A stretch of DNA of 64,000 bases from Octopus bimaculoides (GCF_001194135.2 NC_068982.1:33540221-33604220), one strand, 5' to 3'. Shown: positions 1-13,624, counted from the first letter of the stretch. Made by a program: numbers and translations. Notes: generated by a model from the sequence alone, not told the origin.

Positions 1-63
<63 letters not shown>

Positions 64-76
64 ATATGTATATATA
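1..76. repeat. (TA)n microsatellite; other long (TA)n at about 11705-11741, 13573-13618, 14113-14159, 26299-26357 and 31091-31133
   Basis: Direct inspection. Confidence 0.95.
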
Positions 77-129
77 GAAGAGGCAGAGACAGAGTGTGAA
101 TGAAAGTATATTTCACCAGAGATCTGGTA

Positions 130-570
130 TTGAATATAAGCAGGATCAATAAACAAGTAAAGAAGAAACAGAAATAGTTAAGGTAAAAACTATTAAAAAT
201 ACTAATCAGAGAAAAAAACTACATATGCAATTTTGAACTAAACTAGGCCCACATCGAGCTTCCGCCTAAGAAGAAAAGAAGAGAAGGAAATAAGTTCTTA
301 ACACATAATTAAGCTTCTTACACACAAGCGATTGATGTAATGCATAACGTGTACATATGTTCCTCTTTAAAGAGATAATCCTTCTACAACAAGCTAAAAT
401 AAATGTCATTAGTTGCTTAAATGAATGTGTTCGATAATATGAATTGTGATGATGAAGGACTAACAAGGCAAATATAGTAAAAACAAACAGCATGTCTAGT
501 GTTGTTCGAAAGGATTATTTTCCACTTGTTAGTATGGTCAAGCTTGATTAAATGTTTATAAACATTGTAG
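130..570 (+). mobile_element. Possible highly decayed Penelope-like GIY-YIG 3' end
   Basis: KNYICNFELT..SSFRLRRKEEKE and FKEIILL....N...LNECV loosely follow the spacing of the Penelope endonuclease region. Confidence 0.3.
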
Positions 571-1995
571 AGATTGAATATTATTATGAAAAGAAAAATA
601 TTGTTTATAATACAGGAAATAATCAAAAACACGTTCTTATGCTAGAATATTTTCTATCTAAAATAAAACTATTTCTTGTTTTTAACAGAAAGGAATTTAA
701 AATTTCTGCTGTTGCATTTTTGATGTTTAAGCCCAGATCAGCAGCATTCATTGAAAGGACACCAATAATCAAGGGCATTCTACTTATTACAGACTACATT
801 ATTTCTTAAAAAATAAAGTGTGCTTTCAAAGAGAGTTTACTCCTATTTCTAGCAGGTCAAGCAACCATGTAAATGAACACTTTCACATTTTTTACATGGT
901 GGCTTGCAGAATAGAACAAAATGTGTCATATATATATATTTGATTAACATAAAATGATCTGGACATCAAAAAAAAACAAAACCATGCTTGATATTAATCA
1001 TGGTAAAGACTATCTTAGAAATTCCACTATTCTGTTTTTTAATCAGAACTGAAATTTGTAAAAACCAATGTACTTTTCTATGATTGAAAACTGCAGCTGA
1101 TGTTAAGAGGCAAGTATAAAAACAGTACACATAAACATACACGGAAAATAAAATACAATTACACAAAACAAAAAAATTATTAGTGCATGACAATATGGTA
1201 AAAATGTGAGTGCATAAACATATACATACATACATACATACATACACACATACATATGCACACTTTTTTATTTGTAAATATAATTGACATAGAATCTGTG
1301 TCCACCAAATGCAGTGTTTAAAAACTCTCACTGTTCAATACTATCTTAAGTGTGTGTGTATATACATACATACATACACATATACATATACACTTACCTA
1401 AAGGAACCATGTAAGCCAAGATATATGCAAAATGTATTTTCCACAACTATTTTAAAATACCATCAGACTGTTTTCAGTCATACAAAATGGATAAATCAAT
1501 ATGTGTAATCATCAGTGTGTGTGTGTGTGTGTGTGTAAGGTGTGTTTATGCATGCAAAGTATGTCACAATGCCAGCATTTTTTTTTGTGGGGGGGGGGGG
1601 AGAATTTATTATAAGATGTATATAAAATTCAGGTGAATTTCGATATGATGCAGTGAAGTAGTTGGTAATGATGTATAGATGCAATCAAGTACATTTCCAG
1701 GACTACAAAAGGAAGTGGCAGCTGTACTACAGCTGATTTACAAGAATAAATGTTCTTCGTACCAAAGTTTATAATACAACATTAAAATGAAGACCATAGG
1801 GGGAAAAAAAAAAGAAAAAAAAAGAAAAGCAATCAAATGCTACAAGCAAATAAAAACTGGACAGTTATCAATCACTATGAAAACAAATCCAAGTGATTAG
1901 CTTTCTTGTACATTTGTGTCAGAAGTGCCACAGCTGACAACAGAAAGAAATGGATAGAAAGAGAGAAACAAACGGATGATCAGAAGATATATTTA

Positions 1996-2027
<32 letters not shown>

Positions 2028-2164
2028 CATATTGAGATTGGAATTAGACCACAGAGATTTTTGAAAGACTATGAGATAGAGAATGTAAGAGTGAAAAAAA
2101 AGAAGGTGGAAGTAAAAGAGAAAGTAAGTGTGGTGGTGGTGATGGGGCATGGGGATTAATTTTC

Positions 2165-2167
<3 letters not shown>

Positions 2168-2252
<85 letters not shown>
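2168..2252. repeat. (GT)n microsatellite; other long (CA/GT)n at about 5386-5440, 5629-5685, 28651-28745 and 38470-38565
   Basis: Direct inspection. Confidence 0.95.
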
Positions 2253-2257
<5 letters not shown>

Positions 2258-2375
2258 TTATTATTATTTAAAATAGTTCAATTTGGGCCCCGTGCAACTT
2301 AAAGTTTCACAGGCTACTTACATACACCTAACTCTTTGGGCTCAGGTACCTGAACCTGTCTACCTTGTGTCAGGA

Positions 2376-2413
<38 letters not shown>

Positions 2414-2509
2414 ATGCATACACACACACAAACAAACACACATGCATACACACACACATACATATACACACACACACATAAACACACACGCATACACACA
2501 CATACATAT

Positions 2510-2548
<39 letters not shown>

Positions 2549-2804
2549 CAGAAAAAAAAAGAGAAATAGAACATGTGAATGACAGNNNNNNNNNNNNNNN
2601 NNNNNNNNNNNNNNNNNNNNNNNNNNNNNNNNNNNNNNNNNNNNNNNNNNNNNNNNNNNNNNNNNNNNNNNNNNNNNNNNNNNNNNNNNNNNNNNNNNNN
2701 NNNNNNNNNNNNNNNNNNNNNNNNNNNNNNNNNNNNNNNNNNNNNNNNNNNNNNNNNNNNNNNNNNNNNNNNNNNNNNNNNNNCCTGTCTACCTTGTGTC
2801 AGGA

Positions 2805-2842
<38 letters not shown>

Positions 2843-2938
2843 ATGCATACACACACACAAACAAACACACATGCATACACACACACATACATATACACAC
2901 ACACACATAAACACACACGCATACACACACATACATAT

Positions 2939-2977
<39 letters not shown>

Positions 2978-4265
2978 CAGAAAAAAAAAGAGAAATAGAA
3001 CATGTGAATGACAGAGTTGAGAAATAAAGAAAAGTAAAAACAAAAAAAAACAAAAAGAAAACAAGAGTGCAGAAGAGACAGCAATATATTGTTAGAAACA
3101 GAGAGAAAAGGATCTTTTAGCAGAGAGGAATAGAAAGAAGAGTAAAAGTAAAGGAAGGAAGGAAGATGTAGTGGAAATTAAAAGAAGACATTTTTTGAAG
3201 GTGACTGTTGAACTGCATTAGTTGTGCAGATTATACTTAATGAAGCTCAGACAAGCAAGAACAGAGAGTGAGTAAAAGAAAAAAGAAATCTAGTGAAGTA
3301 CTAAGGGTTTAAAAGGAGGCGATTCATGGGTGCAGAAGGAGAGGGTGGAAAGGAGGAAAATGCAAATCAATATGGATAANNNNNNNNNNNNNNNNNNNNN
3401 NNNNNNNNNNNNNNNNNNNNNNNNNNNNNNNNGAAAAGCTAAGCTAATACTAATAAACTGCATCAGTTTATTAATAACAATAAACTATGCAAGGAAATAC
3501 TGCTTTTTCTAAGTGGTCCTAATTAGCAAAGCAAGCATTGATTTTTAAATATTTATTTCCTGTTTGTTTGGTGGTGGCTGCAGCAATGATGGCAGTGGTG
3601 GTGGTGGTGGTGGTGGTGGTGGTGGTGGTGGTGGCAGAAGTGTTAGTGCTGGTGGCGGCAGAAATATTAGTGGTAGCAGTGGCGGCGACATTACTACAAC
3701 TACATCATTTCATGGCCTTTGGCTAAGATCAAAGTGTACTATTACACCAACTCGCATCATTATCATGCCATCACGAACTGCAATTATTATTGTAATGCCT
3801 GTTATTCAAATATCTCTGGGCTAAACAGTTGATGCTCCTATCACAATAACCCACTTGTAAATTTCAATAAAAAAGTCAGTTAACCTCAGAATCTTTAATT
3901 GTTCTGTTATTAATAATAAATCTAACCTTGTGCTATAGTTGCTGCACAACAATAACAACCAGAGATAAGCAATGAAGATTGATAGATTGATATTGGATAA
4001 GTAGTGTTGGTGAGATCCCAGTAGATTAAACATACATACACATATATACACATACACACACACTCATATACACACAGGGGTTTGTTTTGTATTTTTACAT
4101 TCATTTATTTTCAATATGATGATTAAGTTATTTTCCTAACCAGTTGCTCTTAATAAGTTTTCATGCAACCAATTTAACACTCAGGGACATCACTATTTTG
4201 TAAACAGGATATACATCAGACAGGTTCAGGACCATGATGTGCATTTCATGTGGCCATCCAGTGTG

Positions 4266-4645
4266 TTTATTACCTCTGCCTTAGCAAAAGGTGGAGGTAT
4301 TGTTTTCAGTCGCGTTTGTTTGTTTGTTTGTTTGTCCGTGGACAAGATATCTCAAGAACTGCAGGATGGTTTCGGATGAAAATTTCAGGGATGTTTGTTC
4401 TCATGACTGGCATGAGCTGATTATATTTTGGGATCAATCCGATAGAAGACAAGGATTCTGGATTATTTTTCCAGATTTTTTACTTCATTTTTGAGAGCAG
4501 TCAGGTTCATTGTTAGTATTCTCATTTGTGAGAGCAGTCGAGTTTATTTCAGATATTCTCATTTTAAAAATCATCTCTGGCTAATCATTGAGAGGACATT
4601 GGTGTTGCCTTGGAAGAGATGTGCGCTCTCTGAATGCGCTTGTCC
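4266..4645 (+). mobile_element. Helentron-associated non-autonomous element (HINE / DINE-1-like)
   Basis: T-rich start; 5' inverted repeat acctctgcc (4272-4280) / ggtggaggt (4290-4298); (GTTT)n core; 3' sub-terminal remnant and short gcgc..gcgc hairpin at about 4612-4640. Confidence 0.65.
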
Positions 4646-4647
4646 TT

Positions 4648-4860
4648 TACTTGTTTCATTCATTAGACTGAAGCCATGCTGGGGAACTAACTTGATGAAT
4701 GTTTAGTTGAATGAATCAAGTCCAGTACTTATTTTTTGTTAAGCCTGGTATTTATTCTATCAGACTCTTTTGCCAAACTGCTAAGTTATGAGGATGTAAA
4801 CACACCAACACCGATTGTCAAATGGTACTGGAGGACAAACACAAACACAAGAATATGCAT
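4648..4860 (-). mobile_element. SINE family A, 3' half
   Basis: ttacttgtttc...gccatgctgggg...ctgctaagttatg. Confidence 0.7.
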
Positions 4861-5382
4861 GCATAATGGGCTTCTTTTCAGTTTCTTGTATTAGGTTGGC
4901 TTGTATTCAATGCCAAATACCGAAGAAATTTTTTTTCTTCTATTACCACTCTCTCAGCAACAAGCATTATCTCTCTTTCTCCCCCCTTCCCTCCCCCTCT
5001 TTCTTTCTTTCTTTCTTTCTTGCACTGCCAACTTTTAATTCAAGTTTAGCCAAGATTGATAAAACTCAGAAATTCACTGATAACATGGGAAGAATTAGGC
5101 AAAGATTTAGGAAGACCAGAGTTGACTTATTAGTGGGCTAACAGCTATAGGACATAGCTGAGAGTAAAGCCTTATTTATCAGACTTAGCTGTTTTGAGAT
5201 ACAGCCTAAATGATTTGTTCATGTAGCAGCTTTTTATACCCTCCAGAGCAGCAGTTCTCCCAAAATAATTAGTGGAAACCTTTTTGAACACACATCTCTT
5301 TGTTCAAGTACAGATAGAATATCGTTTACATTAAAGAGAAAGTAAGTGTGGTGGTGGTGATGGGGCATGGGGATTAATTTTC

Positions 5383-5440
<58 letters not shown>

Positions 5441-5628
5441 NNNNNNNNNNNNNNNNNNNNNNNNNNNNNNNNNNNNNNNNNNNNNNNNNNNNNNNNNNNN
5501 NNNNNNNNNNNNNNNNNNNNNNNNNNNNNNNNNNNNNNNNNNNNNNNNNNNNNNNNNNNNNNNNNNNNNNNNNNNNNNNNNNNNNNNNNNNNNNNNNNNN
5601 NNNNNNNNNNNNNNNNNNNNNNNNNNNN

Positions 5629-5687
<59 letters not shown>

Positions 5688-6084
5688 AGCCAAAATATAG
5701 GGATAAAGTTTAAAAAGTTTAAAGCAATCTGAATTTTATTAATCACACACATACACAATCCAACACATAGGGTTAGGGTTGACAAAGTATGGTACCTAGT
5801 AGGTCACATTTGTACCTGCTAACCATTTGGCATGCAAAGACTGCAATGATGCCGACACTGGAAGAAGGGAAAGGAAAAAAGAAAGATTAGACTAAAAATA
5901 TATGGTAAAAGATATTCAATGAAGAGCTCAAATGCTTGAGAACCAATTAGGTAGGAACCAGAAGAACTGCAACAGATCAACTATGCTGGGTGGGACGAAA
6001 ACTTGCAGCCTTATGTTTCTTGCAATGTAGGAGGTTTTAAGTGTGAATAAGTCTAAGTGCAGTGAAGATGTTGTTATAAATGCA

Positions 6085-6520
6085 AGCAATAAAAATAATT
6101 GTTTTTAAACTAGGCACATGCCAGAAATTTAATAAGGAGCTAAGCTGATTAAATTGATCCCTGTACTTGACAGGTATTATATTTTATTACCACTGAGGGA
6201 TGAAAGGCAAAGTTGATTTTGGTAATATTTAACCCTTTAGCATTCAAACCAGCCATATCAGGCCAAAATATTTGGCCTGTTTTCTGTTGAAACTGACCAG
6301 GTCTGGCTCTTCACCTCATCCTTACAATATCATTCTAAAACTAGACAATCACATCATTGAAATCTCTTAACTACAAGATAATGCATCATTAATTCAAAAC
6401 AATATAAATAAACAAACATTACATTTGACAGAATAATCTGAATACTAAAGGGTTAAACTTGAACTCAGAACCTAAACAAATACAGCAAGGCATTTTGTCT
6501 GCCACACAAATGATTCTGCC
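6085..6520 (-). mobile_element. tRNA-derived SINE family B, interrupted by the piggyBac MITE
   Basis: gggatgaaaggcaaagttga ... [MITE] ... tgaactcagaac...gcattttgtctg...gattctgcc. Confidence 0.7.
6233..6452 (+). mobile_element. piggyBac-type MITE (220 bp) inserted into a SINE
   Basis: TTAA-CCCTTTAGCATTCA ... TGAATACTAAAGGG-TTAA; the host SINE resumes on both sides. Confidence 0.85.
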
Positions 6521-6544
6521 AATAATAATATCCCTTTTTATATT

Positions 6545-6878
6545 TTACTTGTTCCAGCCATAGGATTTAGTCACACAGACTAATCCCAGAATTATTTTTA
6601 TTTTTTTCAAGTCTGGTACTTATTATATCAGTCTCTTTTGTCAAACTATCAAATTACTGGGGACATCAACAAGCCAAGACTGCTTGTCAAACAGTGGAAG
6701 GACACAACACACACACACACAATGGGCTTCCACACCATTTTCATTAACCAAATCCACTCACAAGGCATTGGTCAGTCTGAGGCTATGGTAAACAACACTT
6801 GTGTCCAAGAAGCCTCAGAGTGGGGTTGAACTCAAAATCACATGGCTGCAAAGCAAGCTACTTAACCACACAGCCATT
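6545..6878 (-). mobile_element. SINE family A
   Basis: Reverse complement of the family A head, body and tail. Confidence 0.75.
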
Positions 6879-6904
6879 CACTGCCTTGGAAATTCATTCC
6901 AAAA

Positions 6905-7020
6905 ACAGTACACACAAATACATGACCTAAATCCTAAGATTTATGTACATAACATACAGAAAACAGTACTTCTAGGTACTGCACATATACTATCTAAAGT
7001 ACTTTTCAATATAATCGAAA
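6905..7020 (+). mobile_element. R4/Dong-like 3' ORF tip
   Basis: NPKIYVHNIQKTVLLGTAHILSKVL. Confidence 0.65.
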
Positions 7021-8212
7021 TAAAAAAAAACACATGTACCCTAAGTGCACAGAGCAATGCTTAGCTGTGTTATGAAAGCATGAAACAAAAATAAAGTATT
7101 CAAAGCCAGTAGTAAAATCAATGTTAGTGTTATTATATCATAAGGACATCAAGCAGAAAAAGTCAAGTCTATATGCTAATAGGATAACATCTGGCAAGCA
7201 GACAAATTATTGATTCCCTAAAATTAAATTTAATTATTGATTTTTCACAAAGGAGAAAAAAAAGTGTTTATCAAAAATGGAGGGGAAAATTTTTGTTAAA
7301 TGAGTTGTAACAGACTGAAGTATATTCTGAGTTGACACAAGTTGTATTTAATTCAAATTAGCATGATGATATCATAGAAATATAATGGAACCTTGGTGTA
7401 CTCTGAAGCAAGTTGCAGCTTTGAAGGAGGTTCAACTTTGTATATTAGGATGACATACTTTGAAAGCACATACAACTTCTACTTCACACATGAATTGCCA
7501 TTCCTAACAAGGGAAGTGTAAATAATCAGCCACAACACACCGAGTCAACAAGTGCAACAACTTCTGCAGTCAGTTCAACTCAACAAAACAAGCTGTTCTA
7601 TAGTATTCTTTCCATTATTCTATTGTCTTCAAACGGTGTTTTCCAAAGCCAGCTCCTATTCTTACCAATCTCTTCAACACACACACACACAATACAAACA
7701 TACATTTACAGTATAGAAGATGCATATTAGCCATTCAAAAACACACATAGACTTGACTTCATTTAAACATTTATTATTTGATGTGTAAATTTTCATTACA
7801 CCAACTGTGACCTGGTCACAGATGGTTTTCACTAACTGAACCATGTCACAGGTTGCAGTCGGTGCAAGGAAAATTTTGACAACAAAGAATAAATGTTTAA
7901 GCTAACAGTCTCTCTGTGCTTTTGACTTTGAAGGACCAAAAGTTCCATGTAAAATGCAGCAGAATTTAGAAAGATGATGTTTCAAGGTTTACACATGTTT
8001 ACATTATATACTATGCTGACTTTTATGCAAAAAAATATGGTAATAAAGAAAAGTGTATTCTTCTTTTGAATTAAAGTCACTTATTGAATTTATCTCTGCT
8101 AGAATGCTTTAAAGCCATGAGAAATGAGGATCAAGAATCTTAATTAAGATGATCAGGTCAATCAAGAATTTTAATATTGATTACTTACATTGGCACCATG
8201 CCACAAATTTAA

Positions 8213-8432
8213 CCCTTTAGCATTCAGATTACTCTATCAGATGTAATAGTTATATATTCACATATTTTTGATTAGTCATGTAGTATCTCATAGCTTCGAG
8301 ATTTCAATAATGTGGTTGTTTTAATTTTAGAATGGCATTGTAGGATAAGTATGAGAGGCCAGATCTGGCCGGTTTGAACATAAAGCAGGTAGAATATTTG
8401 GGCCAGATATAGCCAGTTTGAATTCTAAGGTG
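8213..8432 (-). mobile_element. Same piggyBac-type MITE, opposite orientation
   Basis: TTAA-CCCTTTAGCATTCA ... TGAATTCTAAGGTG-TTAA; the interior is the reverse complement of 6233-6452. Confidence 0.8.
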
Positions 8433-8888
8433 TTAAATTCAACCAACAGTTTATTCCTAGTCATTTTTTCTTTTTTTTTAATTTCAAAGAGAAAAGAAGT
8501 GTAATGGAACTTGATGTAGCACAAGGTGTACTGTACTTATACTGTCACTTCCAACTCTCAATCTAGAATATATTTAAAAAAAGAAGAAAAAACACAAAGA
8601 GCCGAAGAGGAATAAATATATCTTAAGAGCTAATTCAAATATAATTTGTGATATGAAATTCCAGCACAGAATATGATCTTTCATTGATTGGCTGACATCA
8701 TCTTCTTCTATGACAGGAAAATCAAGTTAAAAACCAGTTCAGAGTTCTTTTAATGAATGTGATGATTTTTGGATTGTGACAGAAACTATAAATACAAATT
8801 TCACAATCTGAAATACATTCCAACAAAAAATTACTAGAAATAAAATATTAACCAAAGAAACTTGCAGAGATCATTATCTCTCTCTCTC

Positions 8889-8921
<33 letters not shown>

Positions 8922-9277
8922 GGGAAAGTGAGGGAGAAAATGCTTACAGACATGCACTGATTGAGAAAAAAAAGTGTCTATAATATTGTATGCATCACAC
9001 AAAGGAAGGGTTACAGATTCAACAGAAAGGTTAAATCTTTTTAGAACAAACATATGCGCATTTAAAAGAATAGATATCTATCATTATTATATGCACAGGC
9101 ACATACACACACACAAACATGCAAGTATTTAAATATATATCATGTTCACTTATACAGATTCAAATATACTACACACTGGCATCACATGCCACACATGTGT
9201 GTATGTGTGTGTATTTAGATAAAATACACACACATATATGCATGTACATGAATACATGTCAAGTATAACTGAAAATC

Positions 9278-9325
<48 letters not shown>

Positions 9326-10564
9326 ACAACAGGTGTGTATGTAGGACCACTTGTATATCAGAAGCTATGCAAATGAGATGAATGGCAGATAAGGCACAAG
9401 GAGAGCTAGAAGAAAAAGAGATTAAAGAAAGTGAGTTTATATGAGAGGGGAGAGAGACAGAGAAAGACAAAGAATGTGTGCGCACACACATACATGTACA
9501 CATACATGCATGCTCACGTGCACATGTATGCGTATGTATATGTGCATGAAAGGAACAAATATACAGCTTAATAAACAGTCACAAAATAATTAAGAGACAG
9601 CAGCAAAATCGAGAGAGAGGAGGGAAGGAGGGGGAGGGAAGGAGNNNNNNNNNNNNNNNNNNNNNNNNNNNNNNNNNNNNNNNNNNNNNNNNNNNNNNNN
9701 NNNNNNNNNNNNNNNNNNNNNNNNNNNNNNNNNNNNNNNNNNNNNNNNNNNNNNNNNNNNNNNNNNNNNNNNNNNNNNNNNNNNNNNNNNNNNNNNNNNN
9801 NNNNNNNNNNNNNNNNNNNNNNNNNNNNNNNNNNNNNNNNNNNNNNNNNNNNNNNNNNNNNNNNNNNNNNNNNNNNNNNNNNNNNNNNNNNNNNNNNNNN
9901 NNNNNNNNNNNNNNNNNNNNNNNNNNNNNNNNNNNNNNNNNNNNNNNNNNNNNNNNNNNNNNNNNNNNNNNNNNNNNNNNNNNNNNNNNNNNNNNNNNNN
10001 NNNNNNNNNNNNNNNNNNNNNNNNNNNNNNNNNNNNNNNNNNNNNNNNNNNNNNNNNNNNNNNNNNNNNNNNNNNNNNNNNNNNNNNNNNNNNNNNNNNN
10101 NNNNNNNNNNNNNNNNNNNNNNNNNNNNNNNNNNNNNNNNNNNNNNNNNNNNNNNNNNNNNNNNNNNNNNNNNNNNNNNNNNNNNNNNNNNNNNNNNNNN
10201 NNNNNNNNNNNNNNNNNNNNNNNNNNNNNNNNNNNNNNNNNNNNNNNNNNNNNNNNNNNNNNNNNNNNNNNNNNNNNNNNNNNNNNNNNNNNNNNNNNNN
10301 NNNNNNNNNNNNNNNNNNNNNNNNNNNNNNNNNNNNNNNNNNNNNNNNNNNNNNNNNNNNNNNNNNNNNNNNNNNNNNNNNNNNNNNNNNNNNNNNNNNN
10401 NNNNNNNNNNNNNNNNNNNNNNNNNNNNNNNNNNNNNNNNNNNNNNNNNNNNNNNNNNNNNNNNNNNNNNNNNNNNNNNNNNNNNNNNNNNNNNNNNNNN
10501 NNNNNNNNNNNNNNNNNNNNNNNNNNNNNNNNNNNNNNNNNNNNNNNNNNNNNNNNNNNNNNNN

Positions 10565-10601
<37 letters not shown>

Positions 10602-10603
<2 letters not shown>

Positions 10604-10968
10604 GAGCAGATCTGGCTGTGTGGTAAGAAGTTTGCTTCCCAACCATATGGTTCTGGGTTCAGTCCTACTGCATGGCACCATGTGCGAGTGTCTTCTACTG
10701 TTGCCTTGGTCCAGCCAAAACCTTATGAGTGGACTTGGTGAAAGAAGTTTTGTGTGTGTGTGTGTGTGTGTCCCACTACTGCTTGATGAACCAGTGTTGA
10801 TGTATTTATGTTCCTGTAACTTAGCAGTTCAGCAAAAGAGGCTGATAAAATAAGTACAAGGCTTCTTCTTTTAAAATAAGTACTGGGCTCAATTTGTCTT
10901 GCTAAAATTCTTACAGTACCCCAACAAGGCTGCAGTCAAATGACTGCAACAACTAGGAGATAAAAGAC
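10602..10968 (+). mobile_element. SINE family A
   Basis: Co-linear with 12027-12404. Confidence 0.8.
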
Positions 10969-11699
10969 ATATACATATGTGCAGGAGTGTATCGGGTGGA
11001 GAAAGAGAGAGAAAGAATATATAAGGAATTTTCATCAACTGATGTAATGTAATAGGTATGTAGTATGAGTGCTTAGTTTGGTTTACCACTAAAACTCCAG
11101 TTTGAACTATAATGGAAAAATGTGTTGCTGAGAATGTCAATCAAAGGTAGCTAGAAGTGGTTCCTCCTTAAGCGGGTGGATGTAGATTAAAATAGAAAAT
11201 GAAACAGCAAAACATTTAGCATCACTCAAGAAAACATTTAATTTAGATAGAGAACATAGATAGTCTCTTACAGCTGTTTCTAGAGTAGCCAAGCATGTGG
11301 ATCATCATCATATTGAGTAAGGATTTCATAAACTAAGTATTCTGATATCAGAGATAGAGAAATCAAGAAATATAAAAATGAAGAATATCCCCAATAAATG
11401 ATAGTAGTACTTTCCAGTTTATCAAAAAGCAAAGGAAGGATCAAAGTGAAAAGTGTGTGTGTGTGCGTATATATACATATACACAGAATGAGAGGAGACA
11501 CATGGAATAGAGAGTTGTTGAAGAGGTCACAAAACATGTGACAAAAGAACTTTGACTAAGAAACTAAAATAATATTCATAAAGCTGAAGTGAAGACCAAA
11601 TACATAGGTTGTGTATATAATTAGCAAGTATAACAATATCTGTTTCAACACACGCTTTCACATCAAGAATCTCGCAAAACAAACTTATAAACATAATTT

Positions 11700-11740
<41 letters not shown>

Positions 11741-11744
<4 letters not shown>

Positions 11745-11890
11745 CATGGCTCAATGGTTAGAGCATTGGGCTCACAACCATGATGTAGTGAGTTCGATTC
11801 TCAAACCGGATTGTGTGTTATACTCTTGAGCAAGACACTTTATTTCACATTGCTCTAGTTCACTCATCTGTAGAAATGAGTTGCAACTCT
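11741..11890 (+). mobile_element. tRNA-derived SINE family C, 5' part
   Basis: tggctcaatggttagagc A-box, gagttcgattc B-box, then cttgagcaagacactttatttcac..ttgctctagttcactc. Confidence 0.75.
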
Positions 11891-11988
11891 AGGCACAGGC
11901 ATGGCTGCAAAGTTAAGAAGCTCACTTTGCAACCACATGGTCTTGGGTTCAACCCCATTGTCAGCACCTTGGGCAAATGTTTTCTGCA
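11891..11988 (+). mobile_element. SINE family A, 5' part
   Basis: tRNA-like head up to caccttgggcaaatg. Confidence 0.7.
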
Positions 11989-12026
11989 ACAAGTAAAAAG
12001 TAAATATATATAAATAAATAAAACAT

Positions 12027-12404
12027 AGGCGCAAGAGTAGCTGTGTGGTAAGTAGCTTGCTTACCAACCACATGGTTCTGGATTCAGTCCCATTGCGTGG
12101 CACCTTGGGCAAATGTCTTCTACTATAGCCTCAGGCTGACCAAAGCCTTGTGAGTGGATTTGGTAGACAGAAACTGAAAGAAGCCCGTCGTATATATGTA
12201 TATATATGTATGTGTGTGTGTCCCCCCATCATCGCTTGACAACCGATGCTGGTGTGTTTACGTCCCCTAACTTAGCAGTTCGGCAAAAAGAGACTGATAG
12301 AATAAGTACTAGGCTTATAAAGAATAAGTCCTGAGGTCGATTTGCTCGACAAAAGGTGGTGCTCCAGCATGGCTGCAGTCAAATGACTGAAACAAGTAAA
12401 AGAG
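12027..12404 (+). mobile_element. tRNA-derived SINE family A (OR/OK-like), near full-length, best-preserved copy
   Basis: A-box-like tagctgtgtggtaag, B-box-like ggattcagtccc, accttgggcaa motif, internal (TA/GT)n, 3' ggtgctccagcatggctgcagtcaaatgactgaaacaagtaaaaga. Confidence 0.85.
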
Positions 12405-13561
12405 AGATTTTAAAATTTAATCAAAAGACTTCTTATCTTGCAGAACCCCAGAACCTTTTCATGGACCCTTATTTATGAAACACTGTTTCATGTTACTCAC
12501 CATAGTTGACCAATAACATTGGTTAAACTAGAATAGATTAGACTAAGCTATTTCTGTTGTTGTTCTTGCCTAGTTTCACATCAGCACTAATCGTGTAAAC
12601 TTATACCCAAAGACATCATATACACAATTATCACCTCTTGCTTACAAGCACATTATCCAAGGTTTTCCTTTTTTATCTTTTTTAATCTAGTAGGTGAAAT
12701 GGGTGAGATTTGCCTGCTATTTCTCACAAATGTAGTGACACTGATAGACTTCGTGATTTTTTGAGAGCGTTTTTGTTGAGTTTCTTTTTTTTTTTTTTTT
12801 GGTAACCTTTCTTGGATGTGACATGTTGGCACTAATGGTATCATAATCATCATAACTTCTTGAAAGTTGAGTGATATTAATGAAAGCATATGCAAAGCTA
12901 CAAATAATTTTTCCCACAACAATTTATAAGTGTTTAAGCTTGTAGTAAAATTCTAACTAAAGATCCTAACACACGCCTAAATACATGCACACATACATAC
13001 ACACATGCATATACACAATCTCACAGACACACACACGCACATACACAAACACACACAATGATAATCTAATACAAGATTCACATCACATGAACATGTTTAG
13101 CCCAAGGTCAACCACAAGAACTATGAAAAAAGCATTCTATCTGCAATCACCCAGGCTTTGTAGCAGTATGTAGTATTACATCCTTTCCTCATTTAAGACA
13201 GTAGGATGTAATTTGATGGAGAATGCTTGCTATTTTTAGCAGGTCAATCCACCATACAGAAGTTTCCTCAGTTCTTTGTCATTAAACTTTACGTAGATGT
13301 GCAACAATTGTGCAGAAACACTGTCAGTCCCAACACATTAGTTATGTATGCTGCAGATGTAATTGTGTAAGCTTCCTGCTTACAAGCACAACACATTTTC
13401 ACTGCTAACATTTAACTGTATTGCTAAATGTGCATGATTGTGGCATTAAATTGCACTGATGCATCTAAACATGTTTATAGTAGATAGATACAAGTGAGTG
13501 TAAGTTAATACTATTTTGTCTGGATATGGGGGTGGGGTTGAGTGAGTGAATATACATACAT

Positions 13562-13624
<63 letters not shown>

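Noticed and set aside
1391-1430. Minus-strand ttcctttAG|GTAAGT ratchet-like site
   Set aside because: A rough composition-based estimate gives on the order of one such 9-mer per strand in 64 kb; similar sites occur on the plus strand (23338, 55250). No independent support.
2355-3014. Identical 231-bp direct repeat (2355-2585 and 2784-3014)
   Set aside because: Copies sit exactly on both sides of a gap: typical unmerged contig overlap.
2283-3084. ORFs reading HTHT, CVCV or YIYI here and throughout (5234-5785, 13446-13796, 26111-26447, 37368-37684, 43153-44076, 62657-63472 and others)
   Set aside because: Translations of dinucleotide and trinucleotide microsatellites, not genes.
2115-5440. 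About 54 bp of unique sequence plus (GT)n repeated at 2115 and 5333
   Set aside because: The second copy ends at a gap where (GT)n flips to (CA)n; most likely a gap-filling or scaffolding artefact.
11741-11810. tRNA-like sequence with A and B boxes
   Set aside because: No 3' acceptor stem; it continues into a SINE body repeated at 18850 and 48440.
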